Shown piece by piece: positions 30,256-39,018 of a stretch of DNA of 64,000 nt. Each line of letters starts with the position of its first letter. The first letter of the stretch is position 1. The position numbers and the translations under genes are program-made. Source of the DNA: a virus; the IMG/VR virus record IMGVR_UViG_3300036770_006954, positions 1 through 64,000 of that record. One strand, 5' to 3'. The notes below the pieces were generated by a model. The model ran no database searches and was not told the DNA's origin. It saw nothing but the letters and a program-made list of their open reading frames with translations.

Positions 30256-31110
30256 TTAAAATGGAAGGTCCTCGTCAGGTGTTGCGTTAGCTTGTGGGTC
30301 TGTGTAGTTTGAATCACTACTTGATGAACCACCGAAAGATTCGGTCGCTTCGTCATCAGAACCATAAACATAACCACCCTTTTCAGAATCCCAACGGGGG
30401 ACTTCACCACGAGCGATTGCCTCCAAGTATTCTACTGGTTTCTTAGAATACACATCCATCCAAGTCAACTCATCGTTAACCCAAGAATCCATGGTTGCCT
30501 TGTCTTCGTGGATAGCCTGTGGGTCATCATACATAATAGTTGAAACTGTTGTGTATGCAGCACCCTTTGGAGTTTTTTGTTTGGTAAGTTCAATAATGAG
30601 GTCACGACCTTTTTCAGGGTCAGTGATATCACCCTTATTACGCCAAATAGGAATAATCTTATCGAGAATACCTTCATTTTTGTAATTGTGCTTGAATCTC
30701 CAAAACTTCACACCATCTTCTTCGTGGTCACGGTCGATAACTTTTACAATGTAAAACTTCCGTGACTTGTACTGTTTAGCCAACTCTTTATCAGAGTCTC
30801 GTCCTGTTGACATGAGTTCTTCGTAAACCTCATTCAAAGGTGAACGCTCATTGTCATTTTTACCTGGGTCGTAAAATTTTTGCCATTTACCACCCACTTG
30901 AATCTCGTGGTACCACGCCTCTTTGAAAGGAGAGCTACCATCTTGTGTTGGAAGAATTCGAACACGGCGTGTTCCTGAATTCGACTTATCGTCCAAAATA
31001 AGAGCGAAGTATTTCTTCATTCTCTCGTCTTGAGACATTTTTCCCTGACCCCCCATACTGTTTTGTTGGGCCTTCTCATATTGTGCAAGTACTGCGTCTA
31101 ATGAACTCAT
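30256..31110 (-). CDS. Single-stranded DNA-binding protein (T4 gp32-like)
   Basis: RVRILP, DITDPEKGRDL, acidic tail ending DEDLPF; next to the recombinase and exonuclease. Confidence 0.8.
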   Translation of the reverse strand: MSSLDAVLAQYEKAQQNSMGGQGKMSQDERMKKYFALILDDKSNSGTRRVRILPTQDGSSPFKEAWYHEIQVGGKWQKFYDPGKNDNERSPLNEVYEELMSTGRDSDKELAKQYKSRKFYIVKVIDRDHEEDGVKFWRFKHNYKNEGILDKIIPIWRNKGDITDPEKGRDLIIELTKQKTPKGAAYTTVSTIMYDDPQAIHEDKATMDSWVNDELTWMDVYSKKPVEYLEAIARGEVPRWDSEKGGYVYGSDDEATESFGGSSSSDSNYTDPQANATPDEDLPF

Positions 31111-31137
31111 AAAAAATTAATTTAAGTTAGTGTTAGA

Positions 31138-31167
31138 AAGATAAAAAATCATAGTTTAATAGTCAAA
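31138..31167 (-). promoter_or_regulatory. Host-RNAP-type promoter upstream of the replication operon
   Basis: TTGACT-N17-TATCTT on the minus strand; also reads TTTG...TATCTTTC, close to the Bacteroidota -33/-7 consensus. Confidence 0.6.
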
Positions 31168-31177
31168 TAAAATAAAA

Positions 31178-31199
31178 AAGGTTGTGTTTCCACAACCTT
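31178..31199 (-). terminator. Intrinsic terminator separating the structural and replication blocks
   Basis: AAGGUUGUG-GAAA-CACAACCUU followed by a U-tract. Confidence 0.8.
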
Positions 31200-31224
31200 A
31201 ATAATAGTAATCTTTTTCAGAAAA

Positions 31225-31860
31225 TCAAAAGTTATATGGTAATTGGTCTTTTTGGTTTAAACCAAATGTCTTCTTAATTTCAGCAGGACTAATGTCCTCA
31301 ACTTCATCACTTGTTAAAATATATTCGTGTTTACCTGATTTTTCCCAATCTTCTTTTTTATCATCAAAAAAATCTGATAGTTTTTTGTTAAATGGTCCTG
31401 AATCAATAGTTCTAAGTTCTAATTTCTCCTCTGCAGATTTTGGTCTAAATTTTTCAAGTTTTGCCTCAATGTCATTTAACTTGTTAACCAAGTTATCCAT
31501 GTCTGATAGTTTTGTTTCCAAATTTTGTAGATATCCAAATAAATTGTCAAAATATTCTTCTTGTTTGTTTTCAATATTTTTTTGTGCCGATACCAATTCG
31601 GTTACATCTAATTCTTCAGTTCCCGTTTCTTCGGTGGTAGAACCTTCATCACCAACTTTTTCTACTTCAGTATCTGTAGCTAAGTCAATCTTTTCAGGTG
31701 TTCCTGTGGGTGCTGCAGCTGGTGTAGCCTCAATATCTGCTTCTGGTTCTGCAGGTCCTTCTAAACCTGGTACAATATTCCCCGCAGCTTGTTCAGTGAT
31801 ATAGGTATTGATTCTATGATGTCTCTGAATTTCTTTTAATATCTTCTTATCGATATTCAT
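31225..31860 (-). CDS. Acidic coiled-coil hypothetical protein, possibly a head/internal protein
   Basis: 211 aa; Glu-rich linker and heptad repeats. Confidence 0.65.
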   Translation of the reverse strand: MNIDKKILKEIQRHHRINTYITEQAAGNIVPGLEGPAEPEADIEATPAAAPTGTPEKIDLATDTEVEKVGDEGSTTEETGTEELDVTELVSAQKNIENKQEEYFDNLFGYLQNLETKLSDMDNLVNKLNDIEAKLEKFRPKSAEEKLELRTIDSGPFNKKLSDFFDDKKEDWEKSGKHEYILTSDEVEDISPAEIKKTFGLNQKDQLPYNF

Positions 31861-31864
31861 TGTA

Positions 31865-32089
31865 TTAACCGTTTAATAAATGTTTTATTCCGTTTGGTGT
31901 TTCCACACGAACTCTACGATTTAGAGTCACATCGTGACCGGCTCTTTCAATAAGACCATCTCTTTCTCGGATGGTATAGCAATCTCCAGTGTCCAAGTCA
32001 CAAACTTGTTTAGTACCATCACCATTATCCGTTTGTGAGATTCTGGTTTGCTTACCCAAATACTGGTTCAACATTGAATTAATATTCAT
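31865..32089 (-). CDS. Small hypothetical protein (C-x6-C)
   Basis: Likely start MNINSML at 32089 with TATTTATT 13 nt upstream; VCDLDTGDC. Confidence 0.65.
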   Translation of the reverse strand: MNINSMLNQYLGKQTRISQTDNGDGTKQVCDLDTGDCYTIRERDGLIERAGHDVTLNRRVRVETPNGIKHLLNG

Positions 32090-32135
32090 AATTCTTTTTC
32101 TTAATAAATATACAACCAAAAAGAATAATCACTTT

Positions 32136-35100
32136 TTAGGTACAAGTGGGGGTAACCGTGTTAATTACATTTATATTGTTTGGTGCAGGTGTTGGTGTTA
32201 TAGTCGGTGTAAATACCTGAATCGTAGTTGTCAGCCCAAGTTGTCTCGCTAAATTGACTGCAGTAATCAAATTGAGTTGAAGTGTGGTATTTTGAGTTTG
32301 TGATGTCCCCCTTGGATATGGCCAATTCTGTAAGAAGTATGCCTCAATACTCTTTTGTCTTATTTCACCCAATGAGTTTGTTACCCTATCTCTCACGAAA
32401 TTAATGTAACCAAGAGCAGAATCAAACACTGCGAACGGCATTGAAACTTCGGTGGTATTCTCTGTCTTCATTCTTCTACAAGTATAGGTTCTTAAGAAGT
32501 ATCTATCAGCAGTTGCTCCGTAATCGTAGTTCAGAGTAATCTTACCATAGTTGTTATTTGAAGATACAAACTTACTATCAACACCTGTTGAAGCATAGGA
32601 CAAAACGAATATCACAAATTTAATATCCTCATCGTCGGTTGATTGATTCAATAATGAAACAAACCCTGCGGTGTTCAGTGAGGTATTTACACCCGCAACT
32701 GATTCATAACCCAAAGTATTCAAGTATGGTTCCTCAAGAACTTTAGACATACAAGAGTTTTGAGTATCACCACTTGTACGAGTGTCAGTTGATAAGTTTG
32801 CATTGTTACCTTGAGTTGTGGTTGTCGTTGTTCCTCTTGAGACATCTTTTTGTTGTTTAACACTCTTAAGAAGTTTCGTAACCAAATTTTTGTTAATACT
32901 CTGCAGATATCCGTCAAGGACCGGCAATGTAAAAATACTTTGTCTAACACCATTAAACTTTGTTTGGAATGTACCAGGAGCTATGGTGTGTTGGACATCG
33001 GTTATCATATAAGAACCATTGAACAATGGGACATGTCTTAGGTTAAAGTACATGGTCGGTTGAATAAGCGCATTACCAAAAGAGATAACTTCACACTCAT
33101 AACTCATATTCTTGTATATGTTATACAACGATACATTTTGAGTTGCCGTGGTTCTACCCGCAGCACTTGCCGACATTAAATTAATTTGTTGGATTGATTC
33201 AGAAGTCGCTTTACCACCATTTTGAGAAATACTGAATGAATAAAATACATTTTGATTTCTTGTACCAATATCAACATTGAATCCCACAACTCTGTTAGAT
33301 AATGCCCAGTCAGTTTTGTTTGTTTGGTCCTCAATCAATGGATTCAACTGAGATTCTCTTAAGTCAAATGCATCACTTCGGAACATGTAGTTTTTGTTCT
33401 CACTTTGCATGTCCAAGTAAGTTGAAGGTCTTTCCGTATAAAAACAAACCAATTTTGGTCCCGAGTTTCTGTAATCCACGTTCAAGAAAGTACCCCACAT
33501 ACTATTGGCGAAATCACGACCTGGTTCTATGTTTGGTTGTGCCGCAGCTGAAACATCTTGTACGTTGTAAAAATTAACATAAGCAGGCATTGGCATAACC
33601 GAAAAATGGTTTTCAGTGAGTATACCACTAATAAACACAAAGACACTCATGTTGTAGTTCAAGTTGTCTGCGTTTACTAATTTTTGTAAATTGAAAATAT
33701 CCAAGATAATCTTATCCCCCACATTTCGTGATGCTCTGTCTAAGAATAAAATGTCCTCGAACAAAGTTTGATTTGTATAATCTGAACCCGCAATCCATTT
33801 ATCATTGAGGGCTTTGAATGTCTCGTACAATTCGACCTTACTTTGTTTTGAATCAAACTTAGATTGAATTGTTCTTTCAGGAAGTTCAGTAATATTTGGT
33901 AATTCTCTTCTAATGAGAGTTAGGGTATTATTCAGAGCGGTATTTTGAAAATTCAAATTGACCGATAAATAATTTTGAACTGATTGAGCAAAACTTATAC
34001 TGGTGATTGTGGGGTCATCAAGTTTTTGTGTTGCATACATCTTAATAAGAGGAGCCAAGAACTCAACATTTTGTTGAGTAAATGCAATGTCGTTATCCAC
34101 AAAGAAGTCGGTAATGAACGACCCCCCATTAGTATATTGTAACTCAGGAATTTGTGAGAATCCAACATTTTCCCTCAAAGCTAACCATGCTGCTGGGTTA
34201 TCAATCTGTGACTGAATTAATGTAGTTGTACCCCCTGCAGTGGGTAAAGACCCGTCAACATAAGGTTCAAACGGAATTGGGTCAACGACAATGTTATTTC
34301 CCGTAATATAAGTTAAGTAAGAATCGGTTTCCCTTCTTTTGTATTGTGTCGGGTTACCAAGTCTAAGTGCCACATCATACTCCATAAGGTTTTGAATCTC
34401 ACTCATAGACTTAGAGAACTGGTCGTCGATGACTTGTTTGAACAAATCTTCCTGAGACGCAAATGTCGCAGGTAAAGGAACACTCATCAATTCTCTGTAG
34501 AGAAGTTGGAAGTTTCTGTAGGACTCGTTTGTTGAGTTTCCTTGAGGACTTATCCCTCTTGTTGATGCGGTTGTTTCATCAATAATAAAATCCCCATCAC
34601 CCACCTGTGGGTCAAAGTTAAGAACTGACTGAGAGAATTTAAGATATTCTCTTTCAAACAAGTCAAGTACTTGTTTCTCAAATGTTCCAAGTAAGTCATC
34701 TACTTTTGAGTAGTTGTCCGTAACTAACGTACTTGTTGTGTTATTGATTAACCTAAACGGAGCAACATCACCTATTTGTGGAATGAGGTTCATATACGCA
34801 TCGTAGTCAGGTCTTTGGATATCTGTTAGGTCAAGATATCCGTAGTTTGGCATCTTCCAAAAGGTTCGTACCGAACCATTATAAAGAGAAGGATTGTTAA
34901 TTAAGTCTTCAGTTAATACCCCAGCTTGGTTAAATGCAACCTCACGGAATTGGTTTTGATTGGTACCAAATGAAGGAAGGACATAATAATTCGTTCTCGG
35001 AGTAGACGGGGGGGTATTACAAACTAACTGAGTTGGGTTAGAAGGTTCTACCGTATCGGGGATAATTGAACTGTAGGTGTTTAGATTTACAACCCTATCT

Positions 35101-38100
35101 AATCCTGTTGTATCTACTGTTGAAACAAATATATTTGACTCAGATAGATTCTGAACTTTGAATCCTTGAGCTAATGATTGGTTAATTTCACTATCAGTGT
35201 AGTTGGTCCAAAGGTCTACTCCGTTTAAGAAGTAGTTAAAGTCGTTGATAGTTTTTGGGTAGAAACCGATTTGAAGTTCATCATACTGTGTCGTTCCATC
35301 AAAATCAGTCTCTTGAAGGGTAATTGTACCCACTCCGTTAAGGGTGTAACTTGTACCTGTTGAACCACTAACGGGGTCGTAGTTGTTGATGTAATCGAAG
35401 TCAGTCCAAATGGGACTTAATATATCTTGACCTGTTTGAATAAACTCTTTGTATCTGTGCCAAATTGAACCATACTTTAAAATCCACACATATGGAAGTC
35501 GGTGTACTGCACCGAACTTCTTCATACTCGCAAAGATAAAGTCGAGTGGGATTGCCGAATCCAAAGTCTTGTACCTTTCCTTAAGAGTTGCTAATGGCAG
35601 TGAGTTCAAGAAAAGATATGCGGCTTGTTTGTAAGGGGCACTTACATTGTTTTTTTGGTTTTGTACCCCATACTGAATCGCATTGATAAAATATGGTGTG
35701 TTCAACATCGAGGTGGTTGTACGACCAATTGTTCCTAATTGGTTTGGAACAAACCCTTCGGTTGGTAAAAGTTCGGATGCAGTTCTACCCAAGAAAAACT
35801 CCGCCAACCCGTCTCTTAAATCGGGTGATTGAACTTCCAAGTAAGAGAAAGTTGTTACTGGTCTAACAGAAGTCTTGTCCAACGCATCTTCGAAGTTGGT
35901 AATCAAGTTTTTGGGACCATACACCTTATAGGTTCTTGTGGTGTTAAATACACGATTATAGTCACCTGTGAACAAGTAGTTGTTCAGGTAGGTTGCGTTC
36001 CACAGAGCGTCTGTAAATGGGTATGTGTCAGTGATTTGAGGTAGATTGGTGTTTGTAGTTGAAAGAAGTTGTTCTAGATACTGAATCTGTGGTAATGAGA
36101 AGTTCTGAGTTTGAACCGAAGTTGACAAACTATTCATCGACAGAATTGATGAACTATTGTTTATTTCATCCCTCAAGTATCCTGTAATGTAATAATCACG
36201 AACAAAGTTGTTCCAATCTCTACCAGTACCATCATTGGATATGGTGGATAAAAATTCAACATAGTTGTTGGCAGTAAGTGGGAAGTTTTTTAACTTCAAA
36301 ATGATATACGGAGCACTAATTCCCAAACTTGAAACGATATTGTTGGATTCAACTTTTGAAACAAGTTCTGACACACCAGTCTCCAATGGTGTTCCAACCA
36401 CCCTTCCCAATCCTGTATATCTTGGGTATATGAAACTTCTTTCATAAATCTCATAGAAGAATCTCACCTCTTCTTTATTGAGGTACGCCAAGTTCACATA
36501 AGGGAACTCAAGAGCGTTGATATTCAATATTGAGGTTACTTGTCCACTGTTCTCTTGTGTGGGTTGACTTATTGATGGCTGAAATTTTTGAGCCACACCC
36601 TTGAGGTATTCTTCAACAAATTCAACTTCAGGCCATTTGTCATACAGGTACCCTTTTGTAAGATTAACAATCGCAGGGTCACCAGGATAAGCTAATTCGT
36701 ATCTGTTTTTTTGTGGGTCAAAGTTTCCTGTAGTACTTGTGTTGGTGATGTTGTTTTCAATAAAAACTTGTGGCCATGGGTAGACAGGTTCTTCGGAACT
36801 ACGAGCCGCATCCGATGCGTTTGCTGCATACTGAACATTTCTTACCGTATCAGAGTTAGGAACTGTAGTTGAATTATTGAACACCACACTTTTTCTAACT
36901 GGGTCAGTTCTTACATCCCAAGCAGTTCTGTGTACTTCATCCATCAATCGGATAAACGCTTCGGTAGATGCGAACATAACGGCCATAACGTTTCTTACGG
37001 TGGGTACAAAACCAAGTCCACTGGTTGATGCTATAGTTTCAGCCAACTTTGCACTAATTTCAGTTTCCAAATTGGACACCTTTTTGTCCAAATCAGCCTG
37101 CATTGTTCTTATCAAAGTGTCAAATCTACCAGGACCTTCAAAAATAAAAAAAGGTTTTTTGACTTCTTTAATCCCTTGAGGAGTCATCTCAATTGTGACA
37201 TTAAACTGATTTTTGAGAAGTTGTACAAAAAAATCTGCAGTTTGTCCTGAAGTCGGATTGACAATTCCTGTTTGTTGTCTGAGTGTTCTAATTACATCTA
37301 CCTGACTTGGGTCAATAGTTGCTATAAAAGTTTTTTGAGTAATAGAATTGTCAATTTTTAAATTCTTTACCCCCCTTGTTTCCCCAAATGTTCTGTTCTC
37401 ATTTAATCTCAAGTTGAAAGAATCTACCTCAGCTTTTAGCTCCGTTAAGGCCTGTTCTCTTTCTTGCGGACCCAATTCCGTCTTAAATCCAAACACAATT
37501 GTTTCATCTTTAAGAATATATGCGTTTGGATTGATATATTTGGTGAACCAAGAATTTTTATCTCCCCGTACTTTTTTGAAATATTCATCCAAATACTTAC
37601 CATATGATGTGGCATCAGTTAATGGTTGTAAGTCTGCTTTGCCTTTGAATTCATTTAATAAATCTTGTTCAAGATGTTGAAGTTTGTATGCCATTTCAGC
37701 AACGGTAATTTCAGGGAAATCCAAAGGAATTAATCCTTTAGCCTTGTATTCCCCATACATCTCTTTAATTTTTTGAGTTCCCCTCTCTGAGATTGTTTCG
37801 ATACTTGTTTGAGTGCTTGATATTGTTGAATCTCCAACCAAACCACCTTCATATGAATTCTGATTGATAACACTTGTATCCTGAAGACTCACATCACTTT
37901 GAGTTATGTTGAAAGTCTTACTGTACATGTGAGGAGTCGCAATCAAATGTCCTAAGGAAATTTCGTTGAGGATATTGTATTTGTATCCGTAAAACTGACA
38001 GGTGATTTGGTAGTTACCACTAAAGGTGTTGAATCTCGCATCAAACTTGTGAAGATTCAATTGATATCTAATGGCTTGTCCGTACCATCCCTTCATTGTA

Positions 38101-38705
38101 AGGTAAAAGGGGGGATATGGTAAATTGAAAAAGGCGGCATAAGGGGACTGGTCACCTGATTCAAACAATGCTTTACCTTGTACATCCTCAAGTTCAATGG
38201 TTACTTCAGGAATGAATGACATTGTAGTCCTAACTTGAATACTTGTGATACCAAGTAACCCTGGGTCAATTACCCTACCTCTATTGTCTGTCGCGGTAAA
38301 TTGTTTGTAAAATTTTTGACCATTTTGGTCGTTACTAACTACCGTTTCATATCGTTGTAATCTTGCCTTACCTTGATTTGAATTTTGTCCCGTCAGGTCA
38401 TCATAATAACCTGTGTTGAGAAATTCATCATCGTTTGGTTTTAGGAAATTAATCGAAGCAATTGAAATTGTTCTTAAGTTATCCTGAGGGGTTCCTCCAA
38501 TGGCAAGTTTCGTTCTTGGAAGAACTGAAGCTTCCAAGTTTGCATACATAACCAAATTTTCGTGGTCAACAACTCTTTCTTCGATGATGTTTTTTCCACC
38601 GTTACCGATTCTTGAAGTCTTATTCGGGTCTACTAAAATTATGTTATTGTAGTCCGCTTCAACAAAAATGTTTCCCGAGTTGTCACCGAATACATTACCT
38701 GCCAT
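32136..38705 (-). CDS. Very large baseplate hub protein (gp27/VgrG-like elements) with a possible C-terminal lysozyme-like domain
   Basis: GNALIQPTMYFNL...FNGSYMITDVQHTI....FQTKF hub motif; GITSIQV...VTIELEDVQG; downstream of a gp53-like gene. Confidence 0.6.
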   Translation of the reverse strand: MAGNVFGDNSGNIFVEADYNNIILVDPNKTSRIGNGGKNIIEERVVDHENLVMYANLEASVLPRTKLAIGGTPQDNLRTISIASINFLKPNDDEFLNTGYYDDLTGQNSNQGKARLQRYETVVSNDQNGQKFYKQFTATDNRGRVIDPGLLGITSIQVRTTMSFIPEVTIELEDVQGKALFESGDQSPYAAFFNLPYPPFYLTMKGWYGQAIRYQLNLHKFDARFNTFSGNYQITCQFYGYKYNILNEISLGHLIATPHMYSKTFNITQSDVSLQDTSVINQNSYEGGLVGDSTISSTQTSIETISERGTQKIKEMYGEYKAKGLIPLDFPEITVAEMAYKLQHLEQDLLNEFKGKADLQPLTDATSYGKYLDEYFKKVRGDKNSWFTKYINPNAYILKDETIVFGFKTELGPQEREQALTELKAEVDSFNLRLNENRTFGETRGVKNLKIDNSITQKTFIATIDPSQVDVIRTLRQQTGIVNPTSGQTADFFVQLLKNQFNVTIEMTPQGIKEVKKPFFIFEGPGRFDTLIRTMQADLDKKVSNLETEISAKLAETIASTSGLGFVPTVRNVMAVMFASTEAFIRLMDEVHRTAWDVRTDPVRKSVVFNNSTTVPNSDTVRNVQYAANASDAARSSEEPVYPWPQVFIENNITNTSTTGNFDPQKNRYELAYPGDPAIVNLTKGYLYDKWPEVEFVEEYLKGVAQKFQPSISQPTQENSGQVTSILNINALEFPYVNLAYLNKEEVRFFYEIYERSFIYPRYTGLGRVVGTPLETGVSELVSKVESNNIVSSLGISAPYIILKLKNFPLTANNYVEFLSTISNDGTGRDWNNFVRDYYITGYLRDEINNSSSILSMNSLSTSVQTQNFSLPQIQYLEQLLSTTNTNLPQITDTYPFTDALWNATYLNNYLFTGDYNRVFNTTRTYKVYGPKNLITNFEDALDKTSVRPVTTFSYLEVQSPDLRDGLAEFFLGRTASELLPTEGFVPNQLGTIGRTTTSMLNTPYFINAIQYGVQNQKNNVSAPYKQAAYLFLNSLPLATLKERYKTLDSAIPLDFIFASMKKFGAVHRLPYVWILKYGSIWHRYKEFIQTGQDILSPIWTDFDYINNYDPVSGSTGTSYTLNGVGTITLQETDFDGTTQYDELQIGFYPKTINDFNYFLNGVDLWTNYTDSEINQSLAQGFKVQNLSESNIFVSTVDTTGLDRVVNLNTYSSIIPDTVEPSNPTQLVCNTPPSTPRTNYYVLPSFGTNQNQFREVAFNQAGVLTEDLINNPSLYNGSVRTFWKMPNYGYLDLTDIQRPDYDAYMNLIPQIGDVAPFRLINNTTSTLVTDNYSKVDDLLGTFEKQVLDLFEREYLKFSQSVLNFDPQVGDGDFIIDETTASTRGISPQGNSTNESYRNFQLLYRELMSVPLPATFASQEDLFKQVIDDQFSKSMSEIQNLMEYDVALRLGNPTQYKRRETDSYLTYITGNNIVVDPIPFEPYVDGSLPTAGGTTTLIQSQIDNPAAWLALRENVGFSQIPELQYTNGGSFITDFFVDNDIAFTQQNVEFLAPLIKMYATQKLDDPTITSISFAQSVQNYLSVNLNFQNTALNNTLTLIRRELPNITELPERTIQSKFDSKQSKVELYETFKALNDKWIAGSDYTNQTLFEDILFLDRASRNVGDKIILDIFNLQKLVNADNLNYNMSVFVFISGILTENHFSVMPMPAYVNFYNVQDVSAAAQPNIEPGRDFANSMWGTFLNVDYRNSGPKLVCFYTERPSTYLDMQSENKNYMFRSDAFDLRESQLNPLIEDQTNKTDWALSNRVVGFNVDIGTRNQNVFYSFSISQNGGKATSESIQQINLMSASAAGRTTATQNVSLYNIYKNMSYECEVISFGNALIQPTMYFNLRHVPLFNGSYMITDVQHTIAPGTFQTKFNGVRQSIFTLPVLDGYLQSINKNLVTKLLKSVKQQKDVSRGTTTTTTQGNNANLSTDTRTSGDTQNSCMSKVLEEPYLNTLGYESVAGVNTSLNTAGFVSLLNQSTDDEDIKFVIFVLSYASTGVDSKFVSSNNNYGKITLNYDYGATADRYFLRTYTCRRMKTENTTEVSMPFAVFDSALGYINFVRDRVTNSLGEIRQKSIEAYFLQNWPYPRGTSQTQNTTLQLNLITAVNLARQLGLTTTIQVFTPTITPTPAPNNINVINTVTPTCT

Positions 38706-39018
38706 AATAATAGAAATAGTTGTCCACCGCTAATTTGTAGTCCTGTAGAGAAGTTATCAAAGGATATGGAATATTCAAGACAGCACCGTCGTAGATGTTA
38801 TTTTCCAATCCACCAAACTCAGGATTAGCCTGAAGAATCAACCAAGAAAAAAATGGTGTTCCATAATATTCTTGAGATACGGTGTCCAATCTACTTCTTC
38901 CTACTTTGTAAACAAAAATTTTGTCTGAAGGTTTTGGGGCAAGTGGAACAAACGGAACAACACTGGTTTGTCCGTTTATTTCAAAAGGGGTGTATCGATT
39001 ATAATAATTAAATGCCAT
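38695..39018 (-). CDS. LysM-like baseplate wedge protein (T4 gp53 / P2 gpX-like)
   Basis: RLDTVSQEYYGTPFFSWLILQANP...GAVLNIP; start MAFNYY at 39018 overlaps the upstream stop. Confidence 0.8.
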   Translation of the reverse strand: MAFNYYNRYTPFEINGQTSVVPFVPLAPKPSDKIFVYKVGRSRLDTVSQEYYGTPFFSWLILQANPEFGGLENNIYDGAVLNIPYPLITSLQDYKLAVDNYFYYYGR

